Shown here: positions 1 to 11,477 of the stretch, piece after piece
Numbering within the stretch: position 1 is the first letter of the stretch
Layout of the letters: each line of letters opens with the position of its first letter
From: Cyanophora paradoxa CCMP329
Taxonomy: Eukaryota > Plantae > Glaucophyta
DNA: 64,000 bases
Direction of reading: 5' to 3'
Assembly (NCBI GenBank): GCA_004431415.1
Contig: QPMI01000117.1
Location: forward strand, 186,001-250,000
The notes under the pieces: generated by a model
What the model was told of the DNA's origin: nothing
The model's input: the letters and a program-made list of their open reading frames with translations, nothing else
Database searches by the model: none
Program-made: the position numbers and the translations under genes

Positions 1-116
1 GCGGGCTTGAAGCCGCCGAGCTCCGGGGGGTACGCTGATTCGGGGTTTCCCTTCACGCCCAGCTTCGCTCGCGGCCGCCCCAGGCCACGAAGCGACCAGC
101 GGCGAAGCGAAATCGC
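1..116. repeat. 3' part of split repeat A, copy 1
   Basis: Exact match to 10714-10829; both copies give the same MKPPSSGGYADSG ORF start in the ORF track. Confidence 0.95.
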
Positions 117-739
117 CACAGCCAGCACTGCAGTCACTCCTAAACAGCCCTGTCGGACCGGCGGCCGCACTTCTCGGCCGTCCCTCCAATTGCACAGAGC
201 TGACCAACTCTGCAGCACCACGGCTCGCCATAGCTGCAGTGGAGCGCGATCCCGCGGCAGCAACTGCGCATGCCTCGATGGCTGGCCGGCGCAAACCCTG
301 TTCCCAGCGATCCTCCCGGAATCGGCCTCGGGCCCCGATTCACGCTTGAATCTGGTTCCTTACTGCCGTGCCGGTACGTGGATTCACGTCCGGGCCCGCC
401 CGCCACGCTCGCATCCCGCGCGCGCTGGCTATCCCGGGGGCCCACCGTCAGTCCGCGGCCGCCGGCTTGCCTATACACTCTATATAAGCGTGTATTGAGA
501 CCCGCCGCGCGATTCCTCCGGTTCCCTGACCAATTCCTGCACGCATGCTCCGGAGCTCCTCGGCGCTCGCACCGGACGTCGACACCGCCGCTGTGCCACG
601 CCGGCGGAGCTCGCGCAGGACTGCCCCGGCCTGCTGGCGCGCGCGCTGCAGACCCACCGCGAAGTCGGGCTTGGATCGTGCCTTCCGCGTGATCCACCGA
701 CGGACGGTGCCCAGCCGCTCGCGCGGCTCGGGGAGGCGA

Positions 740-2010
740 CGGAGTACGGCTCTCGCGTGCGCCTCGCGCTGTGGACGGCCCGCGTGCGCCTCGCGCTGTG
801 GTCCCTGTACTCGGAGTTCGGAGGCCGCGCGCGACTCTCGCTGTGGCCCGATCCCCCCGGCGGATTCCGGCCGCGACCGCGGCCGGCGAACTTCCACCAG
901 GAGCACGGATCTCGCGAGCGCCTCGCTGTGAGATGGGCCCGCGTGCGTTCGTCGCTGTGGGCCCCCGTGCAAGGAGTTCCGGGGCCGCGTGCGCCCCGCT
1001 GTGGCCCCAGACCGCTTCAGCGGCACCAGCCGCTCCCGCGGCCGGCGAACTCCCAACCTGGCCTTCGAATTCGACTCCCGCGTGCGCCTCGCGCTGCGGG
1101 ACGGCCCGCGTGCGCCTCGCGCTGTGGGCCCCCTACTCGGAGTTCGGAGGCCGCGCGCGACTCTCGCTGCGGCCCGCTCCGCCCCCGGCGGACCCCGGCC
1201 GCGCCCGCGGCCGGCGAACTTCGACCAGGAGCACGGGTCTCGCGAGCGCCTCGCTGTGAGATGGGCCCGCGAGCGTTCGTCGCTGTGGGCCCCCGTGCGC
1301 GGAGCTCCGGGGCCGCGTGCGTCTCGCTGTGGCCCCAGAGCTTCACCCCGGAGTACGGCTCTCGCGTGCGCCTCGATCGCTGCGGGACGGCCCGCGAGCG
1401 TGCGCGCTGTGGGCCCTGTACATATATATATATACTCGGAGTTCGGAGGCCGCGCGCGACTCTCGCTGTGGCCCGATCCGCCCCGGCGGACCCCGGCCGC
1501 ACCCACGGCCGGCGAGCTTCCACCAGGAGCACGGATCTCGCGAGCACCTCGCTGTGAGATGGGCCCGCGAGCGTTCGTCGCTGTGGACCCCCGTGCGCGG
1601 AGCTCCGGGGCCGCGTGCGTCTCGCTGTGGCCCCAGATCTAGAGCTTCACCCCGGAGTACGGCTCTCGCGTGCGCCTCGCTCGCTGCGAGACGGCCCGCG
1701 AGCGTGCGCGCTGTGGGCCCTGTACTCGGGTTCGGAGGCCGCGCGCGACTCTCGCTGTGGCCCGATCCGCCCCGGCGGATTCCGGCCGCACCCGCGGCCG
1801 GCGAACTTCCACCAGGAGCACGGATCTCGCGAGCGCCTCGCTGTGAGATGGGCCCGCGAACGTTCGTCGCTGTGGACCCCCGTGCGCGGAGTTCCGGGCC
1901 GCGTGCGTCGCGCTGTGGCCCCAGAGCTTCACGCCGGAGTACGGACCTCGCGTGCGCCCCGCTGCGAGACGGCCCGCGAGCGTGCGCGCTGCGGGCCCCG
2001 GACTCGGAGT
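740..2010. repeat. Tandem array of about four ~290-325 bp units with internal ~25-30 bp subrepeats
   Basis: TTCGGAGGCCGCGCGCGACTCTCGCTG recurs at ~817, 1143, 1442 and 1731; CGCGTGCGCCTCGCGCTGTGGGCCC-like subunits recur within units. Confidence 0.9.
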
Positions 2011-2167
2011 GCGTTACGCTGCGGACTATAGCTACGACTCTCGCTGGCGCGCGCGCTGCGAGTATTAGTCGGCCCGCTGGCGCGTCTCGAGCTCGCTGCG
2101 GACTAGCCGCTAGCGCTAGCGCTGCTGGCGCGACCGCTACAGCCTCGCGATCGATCGCGATCGCAGA

Positions 2168-2260
2168 GTGTTTTGTTTGTTTTTGGTCAATTCTAGTCGA
2201 TTCAAGGATTGACTCGACCTTAAAACAAAAACAAAAACAAAACAAACAAAAACAAAACAA
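2168..2260. repeat. (TTTTG)n and (AAAAC)n low-complexity tracts in inverted orientation
   Basis: GTTTTGTTTGTTTTT at ~2170-2184 and AAAACAAAAACAAAAACAAAACAAACAAAAACAAAACAA at ~2222-2260. Confidence 0.8.
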
Positions 2261-2639
2261 CGGACGTACCCGTTGTACCGGCCGGACTCCGGACTCCGGA
2301 GCCGCCGGACCCGCGGTACCGGTCCCGCGCCGCGCGGTCTCACTGCCGCAGTGCCAGGCCGCTGAGGCGGGCACTTCCGGGGATCCGCTGCCGCAGTGCC
2401 GCCGCTGCGGCGCCGCACGGCATGCGCAGTCTGCAGTGGCAGTACAGCCGCAGTGCCGCAGTGCGAGCTCGAGTCGGCCGGCGCCCGCAGCTGCAGTTGC
2501 CAGGCTGGCGCTTCCGCTACCGCAGTGCTGCCGCTGCCCCAGTGGCGCGTTACGCTGCGGACTACGGTCCCCGCTTGCGCTCTAGATCTCGCTGCGAGTC
2601 GGCCTGCTGGCGACCTTCCGCGCATCCGCGCCGCACCCT

Positions 2640-5600
2640 TGCGCAACCCGGGCCCCCGCACCGCAGCTCGGCTCGCCGCCGCCGCCGGACCTGCCTGCGC
2701 AGGGCGGGCCGGCCGCTGGCCCGCCTGCGGCACTCCCCGGCTGGAGCCCAGGGCTCCACCTCCGTCCCGAGGTCCGAAAACGACCTCGCGCGGCCCCGCA
2801 CCGCCACGCCACCCGCCGCCGCCGCCTGACCTGCTTGCGCGGGCGGGCCGGCCGCTGGCTCGCACGCAGCGCTCCCGGCTGGAGCCGCTGAGCCCAGGGC
2901 TCCGCCTCCGTCCCGAGGTCCGTCACGGCCTCGCGCGGCACCCGCGCCGCCGCTCGACCCGCCGCCGCCGCCTGACCTGCTTACGCAGGGCGGGCCGGCC
3001 GCTGGCTCGCCTGCCGCGCTCTCCGGCTGGAGCCTTGGTCTCCACCTCCGCCCCGAGGTCCGTCACGGCCTCGCGCGGCCCCGTGCCGCCGCTCGACCCG
3101 CCACCGTGGCACCGCCGCCTGACCTGCTTGCACAGGGCGGGCCGACCGCTGGCGCGCCTGCGACGCTCCCCGGCTGGAGCCCAGGGCTCCACCTCCGCCC
3201 CGAGGTCCGAAAACGACCTCGCACGGCCCCGCCCCCCGCGCCACCCGCCGCCGCCGCCTGACCTGCTTGCGCAGGGCGGGCCGACCGCTGGCTCGCCTGC
3301 GGCGCTCTCCGGCTGGAGCCCAGGGCTCCGCCTCCGCCCCGAGGTCCGTCACGGCCTCGCGCGGCCCCCGCGCCGCCGCTCGACCCGCCGCCGCAGCCTG
3401 ATCTGCTTGCGCAGGGCGGGCCGGCCGCTGGCTCGCCTGCCGCGCTCTCCGGCTGGAGCCCTTGGGCTCCACCTCCGCCCCGAGGCCCGTCACGGCCTCG
3501 CGCGGCCCCCGCACCGCCGCTCAACCCGCCACCGTGGCACCGCCGCCTGTCCTGCTTGCGCAGGGCGGGCCGGCCGCTGGCTCGCCTGCGGCGCTCCCCG
3601 GCTGGAGCCCCGGGCCCCACCTCCGCCCCGAGGTCCGAAAACGACTCGCGCGGCCCCACGCCCGCGCTCGACCCGCCGCCGCCGCATAACCTGCTTACGT
3701 AGGGCGGGCCGGCCGCTGGTGCGCATGCAGCGCTCCCCGGCTGGAGCCCAGGGCTCCACCTCCGCCCCGAGGTCCGTCACGGCCTCGCACGGCCCCGCGC
3801 CGCCGCTCGACCCGCCGCCGCCGCCTGACCTGCTTGCGCAGGGCGGGCCGGCCGCTGGCCCGCCTGCGGCGCTCTCCGGCTGGAGCCTTGGGCTTCACCT
3901 CCGCCCCGAGGTCCGTCACGGCCTCGCGCGGCCCCGCACCGCCGCTCGACTCGCCGCCGCCGCCGGACCTGCTTACGCAGGGCGGCCGGCCGCTGGCTCG
4001 CATGCGACGCTCTCGGGCTGGAGCCCTTGGGCCCCACCTCCGCCCCGAGGTCCGTCACGGCCTCGCGCGGCCCCGTGCCGCCGCGCGACCTGCCGCCGCC
4101 GCCTGACCTGCTTGCGCAGGGCGGGCCGACCGCTGGCTCGCCTGCGACATTCGCCGGTTGGAGCCCTTGGGCCCACCTCCACCCCGAGGTCTGAAGCGGC
4201 CTCGCGCGACCCCCGCGCCGCCGCCCGACACACCGCTGCCGCCTGACCTGCTTGCGCAGGGCAGGCCGGCCGCTGGCTCGCCTGCCGCGCTCTCCGGCTG
4301 GAGCCCAGGGCTCCACCTCCGCCCCGAGGTCCGTCACGGCCTCGCGCGGCCCCGCGCTGCCGCTCGACCCGCCGCCGCCGCATAACCTGCTTGCGCAGGG
4401 CGGGCCGGCCGCTGGCTTGCATGCAGCCCTCCCCGGCCGGAGCCTTGGTCTCCACCGCCGCCCCGAGGTCCGTCACGGCCTAGCGCGGCCCCGCGCCGCC
4501 GCTCGACCCTCCGCCGCCGCATAACCTGCTTGCGCAGGGCGGGCCGACCGCTGGCTCGCCTGCGGCGCTCCCCGGCTGGAGCCCAGGGCTCCGCCTCCGC
4601 CCCGAGGTACGTCACGGCTTCGCGAGGCCCCGCGCTGCCGCTCGACACGCCGCCGCCGCCTGACCTGCTTGCGCAGGGCGGGCCGGCCGCTGGCTCGCAC
4701 GCAGCACTCCCCGGCTGGAGCCCAGGGCTCCACCTCCGCCCCGAGGTCCGTCATGGCCTCGCGCGGCCCCGCGCTGCTGCTCGACCCGCCGCCACCACAT
4801 AACCTGCTTGCGCAGGGCGGGCCGACCGCCGTCTCGCCTGCGGTACTCTCCGGCTGGGGCCCAGGGCCCCACCTACGCCCCGAGGTCTGTCACGGCCTCG
4901 TGCGTCCCCGCGCCGCCGCTCGACCCACCGCCGCCGCCTGACCTGCTTGCGCAGGGCGGGCCGGCCACTGGCTCGCCTGCCGCGCTCTCCGGCTGGGGCC
5001 CAGGGCTCCACTTCCGCCCCGAGGTCCATCACGGCCTCGCGCAGCCCCGCGCTGCCGCTCGACCGCCGCCGCCGCATCACCTGCTGGCGCAGGGCGGGCT
5101 GGCCGCTGGCTCGCACGCAGCGCTCCCCGGCTGCGCCCAGGGCTCCACCTCCGCCCCGAGGTCCGTCTCGGCCTCGCGCGGCTTCGGGCTGCCGCTCAAC
5201 CCACCGCCGCCGCATGACCTGCTGGCGCGGGGCTGGCCGGCCGCTGGCTCGCATGCAGCGCTCCCCGGCTGGAGCCCAAGGCCCCACCTCCGCCCCGAGG
5301 TCCGAAAACGACCTCGCGCGGCCCCGCACCGCCGCGCCACCCGCCGCCGCCGCGTAACCTGCTTGCGCAGGGCGGGCCGGCCGCTGGCTCGCACACAGCG
5401 CTCCCCGGCTGGAGCCCAGGGCTCTACCTCCGCCCCGAGGTCCATCACGGCCTCGTGCGGCCCCGCACTGCCGCTCGACCAGCCGCCGCCGCAAAACCTG
5501 CTTGCGCAGGGCGGGCCGTCCGCTGGCTCGCATACAGCGCTCCCCGGCTGGAGCCCAGGGCCCCACTTCCGCCCCGAGGTCCGTCACGGCTTCGCGCGGC

Positions 5601-8600
5601 CCCGCGCTGCTGCTCGACATGCCACTGCCGCCTGACCTGCTTGCGCAGGGCGGGCCGCTGGTGCGCATGCAGCGCTCCCCGGCTGGAGCCCAGGGCCACA
5701 CTTCCGCCCCGAGGTCCGTCACGGCCTCGCGCGGCCCCGCGCTGCTGCTCGACCCGCCGCCGCCCCAGAACCTGCCTGCGCAGGGCCGGCCGCTGGTGCG
5801 CATGCAGCGCTCCCCGGCTGGAGCCCAGGGCTCCACCACCGCCCCGAGGTCCGCCACGGCCTCGCGCTCCCCTGTGCTGCCGCTCGACACGCCGCCGCCG
5901 CATAACCTGCCTGCGCAGGGCGGGCCGGCCGCTGGCTCGTCCGCAGCGCCCCCCGGCTGGAGCTCAAGGCGTTACCACCGCCCAGAGGTCCGTCACGGCC
6001 TCGCCCGACCCCGCGCCGCCGCTCGACCCACCGCCGCCGCCTGACCTGCTTGCGCAGGGCGGGCCGGCCGCTGGCTCGCACACAGCGCTCCCCGGCTGGA
6101 GCCCAGGGCTCTACCTCCGCCCCGAGGTCCATCACGGCCTCGCGCAGCCCCGCGCTGCCGCTCGACCCGCCGCCGCCGCATCACCTGCTGGCGCAGGGCG
6201 GGCTGGCCGCTGGCTCGCACGCAGCGCTCCCCGGCTGCGCCCAGGGCTCCACCTCCGCCCCGAGGTCCGTCTCGGCCTCGCGCGGCTTCGGGCTGCCGCT
6301 CAACCCACCGCCGCCGCATGACCTGCTGGCGCGGGGCTGGCCGGCCGCTGGCTCGCATGCAGCGCTCCCCGGCTGGAGCCCAAGGCCCCACCTCCGCCCC
6401 GAGGTCCGAAAACGACCTCGCGCGGCCCCGCACCGCCGCGCCACCCGCCGCCGCCGCGTAACCTGCTTGCGCAGGGCGGGCCGGCCGCTGGCTCGCACAC
6501 AGCGCTCCCCGGCTGGAGCCCAGGGCTCTACCTCCGCCCCGAGGTCCATCACGGCCTCGTGCGGCCCCGCACTGCCGCTCGACCAGCCGCCGCCGCAAAA
6601 CCTGCTTGCGCAGGGCGGGCCGTCCGCTGGCTCGCATACAGCGCTCCCCGGCTGGAGCCCAGGGCCCCACTTCCGCCCCGAGGTCCGTCACGGCTTCGCG
6701 CGGCCCCGCGCTGCTGCTCGACATGCCACTGCCGCCTGACCTGCTTGCGCAGGGCGGGCCGCTGGTGCGCATGCAGCGCTCCCCGGCTGGAGCCCAGGGC
6801 CACACTTCCGCCCCGAGGTCCGTCACGGCCTCGCGCGGCCCCGCGCTGCTGCTCGACCCGCCGCCGCCCCAGAACCTGCCTGCGCAGGCCGGCCGCTGGT
6901 GCGCATGCAGCGCTCCCCGGCTGGAGCCCAGGGCTCCACCACCGCCCCGAGGTCCGCCACGGCCTCGCGCTCCCCTGTGCTGCCGCTCGACACGCCGCCG
7001 CCGCATAACCTGCCTGCGCAGGGCGGGCCGGCCGCTGGCTCGTCCGCAGCGCCCCCCGGCTGGAGCTCAAGGCGTTACCACCGCCCAGAGGTCCGTCACG
7101 GCCTCGCCCGACCCCGCGCTGCCGCTCGACCCGCCGCCGCCGCATACCCTGCTTGCGCAGGGCGGGCCGGCCGCTGGCTCGTATGCAGCGCTTCACGGCT
7201 GGAGCCCAGGGCTCCACCTCCGCCCCGAGGTACGTCACGGCTTCGCGAGGCCCCGCGCTGCCGCTCGACACGCCGCCGCCGCCTGACCTGCTTGCGCAGG
7301 GCGGGCCGACCGCTGGCTCGCCTGCGACATTCGCCGGTTGGAGCCCTTGGGCCCCACCTCCACCCCGAGGTCTGAAGCGGCCTCGCGCGACCCCCGCGCC
7401 GCCGCTCGACACACCGCTGCCGCCTGACCTGCTTGCGCAGGGCAGGCCGGCCGCTGGCTCGCCTGCCGCGCTCTCCGGCTGGAGCCCAGGGCTCCACCTC
7501 CGCCCCGAGGTCCATCACGGCCTCGCGCAGCCCCGCGCTGCTGCTCGACCCGCCGCCGCCGCATAACCTGCTTGCACAGGGCGGGCCGGCCTCTGGCTCG
7601 CATGCAGCGCTCCCTTACTGGAGTCCAGGGCTCCACCTCCGCCCCGAGGTCCGTCACGGCCTAGCGCGGCCCCGCGCTGCCGCTCGACCCGCCGCCGCCG
7701 CATAACCTGCTTGCGCAGGGCGGGCCGGCCGCTGGCTCGCATGCAGCCCTCCCCGGCCGGAGCCTTGGTCTCCACCGCCGCCCCGAGGTCCGTCACGGCC
7801 TAGCGCGGCCCCGCGCTGCAGCTCGGCGTACCGCCACTGCCTGACCTGCCTGCGCAGGGCGGGCCGGCCGCTGGCTCGCCTGCCGCGCTCTCCGGCTGGA
7901 GCCCTTGGGCTCCACCTCCGCCCCGAGGTCCGTTCACGGCCTCATGCGGCCCTGCACCACCACTCGACCGCCGCCGCCGCATAACCTGCTTGCGCAGGGC
8001 GGGCCGGCCGCTGGCTCGCATACAGCGCCCCCCGGCTGGAGCCCAGGGCTCCACCTCCGCCCCGAGGTCCGAAAACGACCTCGCGCGGCCCCGCACCGCC
8101 GCGCCCCCGCCGCCGCCGCCTGACCGGCTTGCGCAGGGCGGGCCGACCGCTGGCTCGCCTGCGGCGCTCTCCGGCTGGAGCCCAGGGCCCCGCCCCGCCC
8201 CGAGGTCCGTCACGGCCTTGCGCGGCCCCGCGCCGCTGCTCGACCCGCCGCCGCCGCCTGACCTGCTTGCGCAGGGCGGGCCGGCCGCTGGCTCGCATGC
8301 CGCGCTCTCCAGCTGGAGCCCAGGGCTCCACCGCTACCCCGAGGTCCGTCACGGCCTCGCGCGGCCCCGCGCTGCAGCTCGGCGTACCGCCACTGCCTGA
8401 CCCGCTGGCGCAGGGCGGGCCGGCCGCTGGCTCGTCCGCCGCGCTCTCCGGCTGGAGCCCAAGGCTCCACCGCCGCCCCGAAGCCCTTGACGGCCTCGCA
8501 CGGCCCCACTCCACCACCCGGCTTGCCGCCGCCGCCTGACCTACGGGTGCAGGGCGGGCCGGCCGCTGGCCCGCCCACCGCGCTCCTGCTGGAGCTCAAG

Positions 8601-9550
8601 GCTCCGCCACCTCCCCGAGGTCTGCAGCGACCTCGCGCGGCCCGGCGCCGCCGCCCAGCTCGCTGCCTCCGCCTGATTGGCTGGCACAGGGCGGGCCGGC
8701 CCCTAGCCCGCCCGCGGCCGTCGGACGCTTCCTGGCTGGAGCTCAAGGCTCCGCCACCGCCCCAGGGCGGGCCGGCTGGTGGACCGCGCGCAGCGCCTCC
8801 TGCGGTAGCTAAAAGCTCCGCCGCCGCCCGAAGGTCCGTAGCGGCCTTGCGCGGCCCCGCGCGGCCGCTCGACCCGCTACCGCCGTCGGACCTACTCGCG
8901 AAGGGCAGGCCGGTCGCTGGCTCGCCAGCAGCGCTCTCCTGCTGGAGCTCAAGCCTCCACCACCGCCCCGAGGTCTGCAGCGACCTCGCACGGCCCCGCA
9001 CTGCCGCTCGGCTCGCCGCCGCCGCCTCGCCTGCTTGCGCAGGGCGGGCCGGCCTCTGGCTCGCCCGCGTCGCCCCCCTGCTGGAGCTCAAGGCTCCTTC
9101 GCGGCCCGAGGTCCGTCACGACCTCGCGCGGCCCCGCGCCGCCGCTCGACCCGCCGCCTCCGCCCGACCTGCTGGCGCAGGGCGGGCCGGCCCTGGCTCG
9201 CCAGCCGCGCTCTCCTGCTGGAGCTCATGGCCCCATCACCGCCCCGGGGTCCGTCACGGCCTCGCGCGGCCCCGCGCTGCCGCCGCCTCGCCTGCTGGCG
9301 CAGGGTGGCTGACCGCTGGCTCGCCCACGGTGCTGTCCCACGGGCGCTCCAGGCCCTGAGGCCCCGCGACTGCTCCCGCGGTCTTATGCGGCCCCCACGC
9401 CTCCGCGCGGCGCGCTTCCGCCGCCTAACCTGCTTGCACAGGGCAGGACGGTGGTGGGCTCACTTTCGGTGCTCACCGGCTGGGATGGTTTTAGATTCCG
9501 CCGCGGCCCCGAGGTCCGTAACGGCCTCGCGCGACTTCACGCCGACGCGC
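2640..9550. repeat. ~139-bp GC-rich tandem array (~50 units) with higher-order duplication and degenerate ends
   Basis: Unit GACCTGCTTGCGCAGGGCGGGCCGGCCGCTGGCTCG...GGAGCCCAGGGCTCCACCTCCGCCCCGAGGTCCGTCACGGCCTCGCGCGGCCCCGC. ORF-track starts step by 139 (4530, 4669, 4808, 4947). Identical ORFs are offset by 1104 bp (5077 vs 6181). Confidence 0.95.
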
Positions 9551-9960
9551 AGTGCGACCGCCTTGCCCGCCCTCCACCCGTAGCGCGCCCCTGGCCCGCA
9601 CCGCCCAGCATGACTTGTCGGCGGCGGGGATCTGGCGGCGCAACTATCAAGCGCCGCCCCGGTTCGTCGACTGTCCCATAGGGGTACGACGAGAACCCCC
9701 CAGCCTTCTGTGCCGGCTCGTTCCCTCGGGCTTCTTGGCCCGCCCCGGCCCATGTTGTTGTCCGAATTCACGCTCTCTGCCCGTCCCTCCTACAGCGCAG
9801 TGCGCTGGGGATAGGGCTCAGCGTCCGAGACACGTTGGGGTGGCGGGGAGGAGGAAAGAGAGGGGGGGGGGGGCAGGAGGAGGGTGGATCAACCCTCGCC
9901 CTCTTGATCACTTTTGTCCTTATGTATGCTATTCTGGCTGGCTGTGACCTGACTCTTGTT

Positions 9961-10512
9961 TGGTAGGGGGTACTGCATTCGTGCTGCGTTCGCTACGCTC
10001 ACCCCGCGGCCTCCGGCGGCGGTACCCGGCTTCGGATCCCCGAACCCGGAAGAAACCGCGTACCCTCCCCGGGGTACGCCGTTCGCCCCAACCGGCCCAC
10101 AAGGCGCGGCCCGAGGCCGAACGCGTACCCCGGAGAGGGTACGGCGTCAGAGCGGCCCCGATCAAGTGTACCCCCGAGCGGGGTACCCCGATCGGCCCCG
10201 CGACGGCCCGAGCGGAGTACCCCGAGCGGGTACACCGTCTCGACCCGCAACGGCCCTCCCCGGGGTACAAGCGCCTAGCACGCTTACCCCGGAGAGTTCT
10301 TGTTCCGGAACTCGCAAGGGCGAGGCCGGAATGGCATACGGCGATCCGCCCTGGTCGATCGCCAACGTATTATGATACGTGGTTCCCGGGAAAGCAGCCT
10401 TGAGCTGCCGTACCTCAGGGCCCAACCCGATGCGCTATCCCGTGCATCTAGCTAAGTAGTGTCAGGCGTAAGATAGCTAGGTCTTCTGCATTCGAATGAA
10501 GCGAGGCGTAAA
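9961..10512. repeat. Split repeat B, copy 1
   Basis: TGGTAGGGGGTACTGC...GAAGCGAGGCGTAAA, repeated at 11478-12036. Confidence 0.95.
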
Positions 10513-10829
10513 TCGGGATTTGCGCTCTCAATGCGTAAATCGAGTTTTGCGCCGACGGAATGCGAACAAAGAAGACCGTAGCCGAGCGCCAGGCACGAAA
10601 GAGCTGAGCGACTCGCTAGCCGCGGAAGCGGCGCGAGGCGAGCACGGGATTAGCAGCAGGCTGCTGCGAGCGCCCCGCAAGGGACTAGCTGAGCTAGCCG
10701 TTGGGCCGAGCCGGCGGGCTTGAAGCCGCCGAGCTCCGGGGGGTACGCTGATTCGGGGTTTCCCTTCACGCCCAGCTTCGCTCGCGGCCGCCCCAGGCCA
10801 CGAAGCGACCAGCGGCGAAGCGAAATCGC
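10513..10829. repeat. Split repeat A, copy 2 (left boundary inferred from the end of B1)
   Basis: Its last 116 bp match window positions 1-116. Confidence 0.75.
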
Positions 10830-11477
10830 TCCCGCCCACCTCCCCGCGATTTTTCCTTCCGGGGCGCCGAACCTCGCCACCCAGCGAGCCCCGGCGCCGC
10901 GAAAAGTTCGCGCAAAAAGGCAATGCATACGGCGACCAGCGCCAGCGTTCGCCGAGGGTATTATAATACGTGGTTCCTTGCCGTCTCCTGTGCACACGGT
11001 TCCGGATGTTACTCCCGCTCGGTGCCGGCCACCAGCGCGGACGTGGTCGTGCACAGCTGATCCGTGGTAATTTACAATGGTTCCGTCGAAGATTCGGGCA
11101 CGAACCGCGCAGACTCGGTGTGCCGGTCGTCATTCGTGTTTCCACGCGCGTCCGCTGGGCCCACTTGTGCCGGGCCGGGGTCCAGCGCGCCCCCAAGAAA
11201 CAGTCGCGCGGCTTCGTGGAGAATCTCGAGTTTTCCCCGCTGGGTTTTACCCTGTTTTCCTCTGGACCCGTGGGTGCCGAGCCGGGGTCCAGCGCGCATG
11301 ACCGTTACGCGGTTTTCCCGCGGTAACTTGCTGGTTTTCGAGTCTGCCGCCCCGGCGCGGGGGGAGACTTCGCGCATGATTCGGAGTCCTGTTGGTTTTT
11401 GATGAGCCTCGGTTGTCGTACGTTGTACGACTCCTTGGTCTCATGGTCGTCTGCGGACGACGGGCACGCTACGCGTG

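Noticed and set aside
740-9550. CRISPR-like array interpretation
   Set aside because: Units are similar along their whole length with no unique spacers, there are no cas genes, and the context is eukaryotic.
2396-9583. Long ORFs (up to 616 aa) across the 139-bp array
   Set aside because: The unit length is not a multiple of 3, ORFs occur in all six frames, and the products are low-complexity R/P/A/G. This is an artefact of stop-poor GC-rich repeats.
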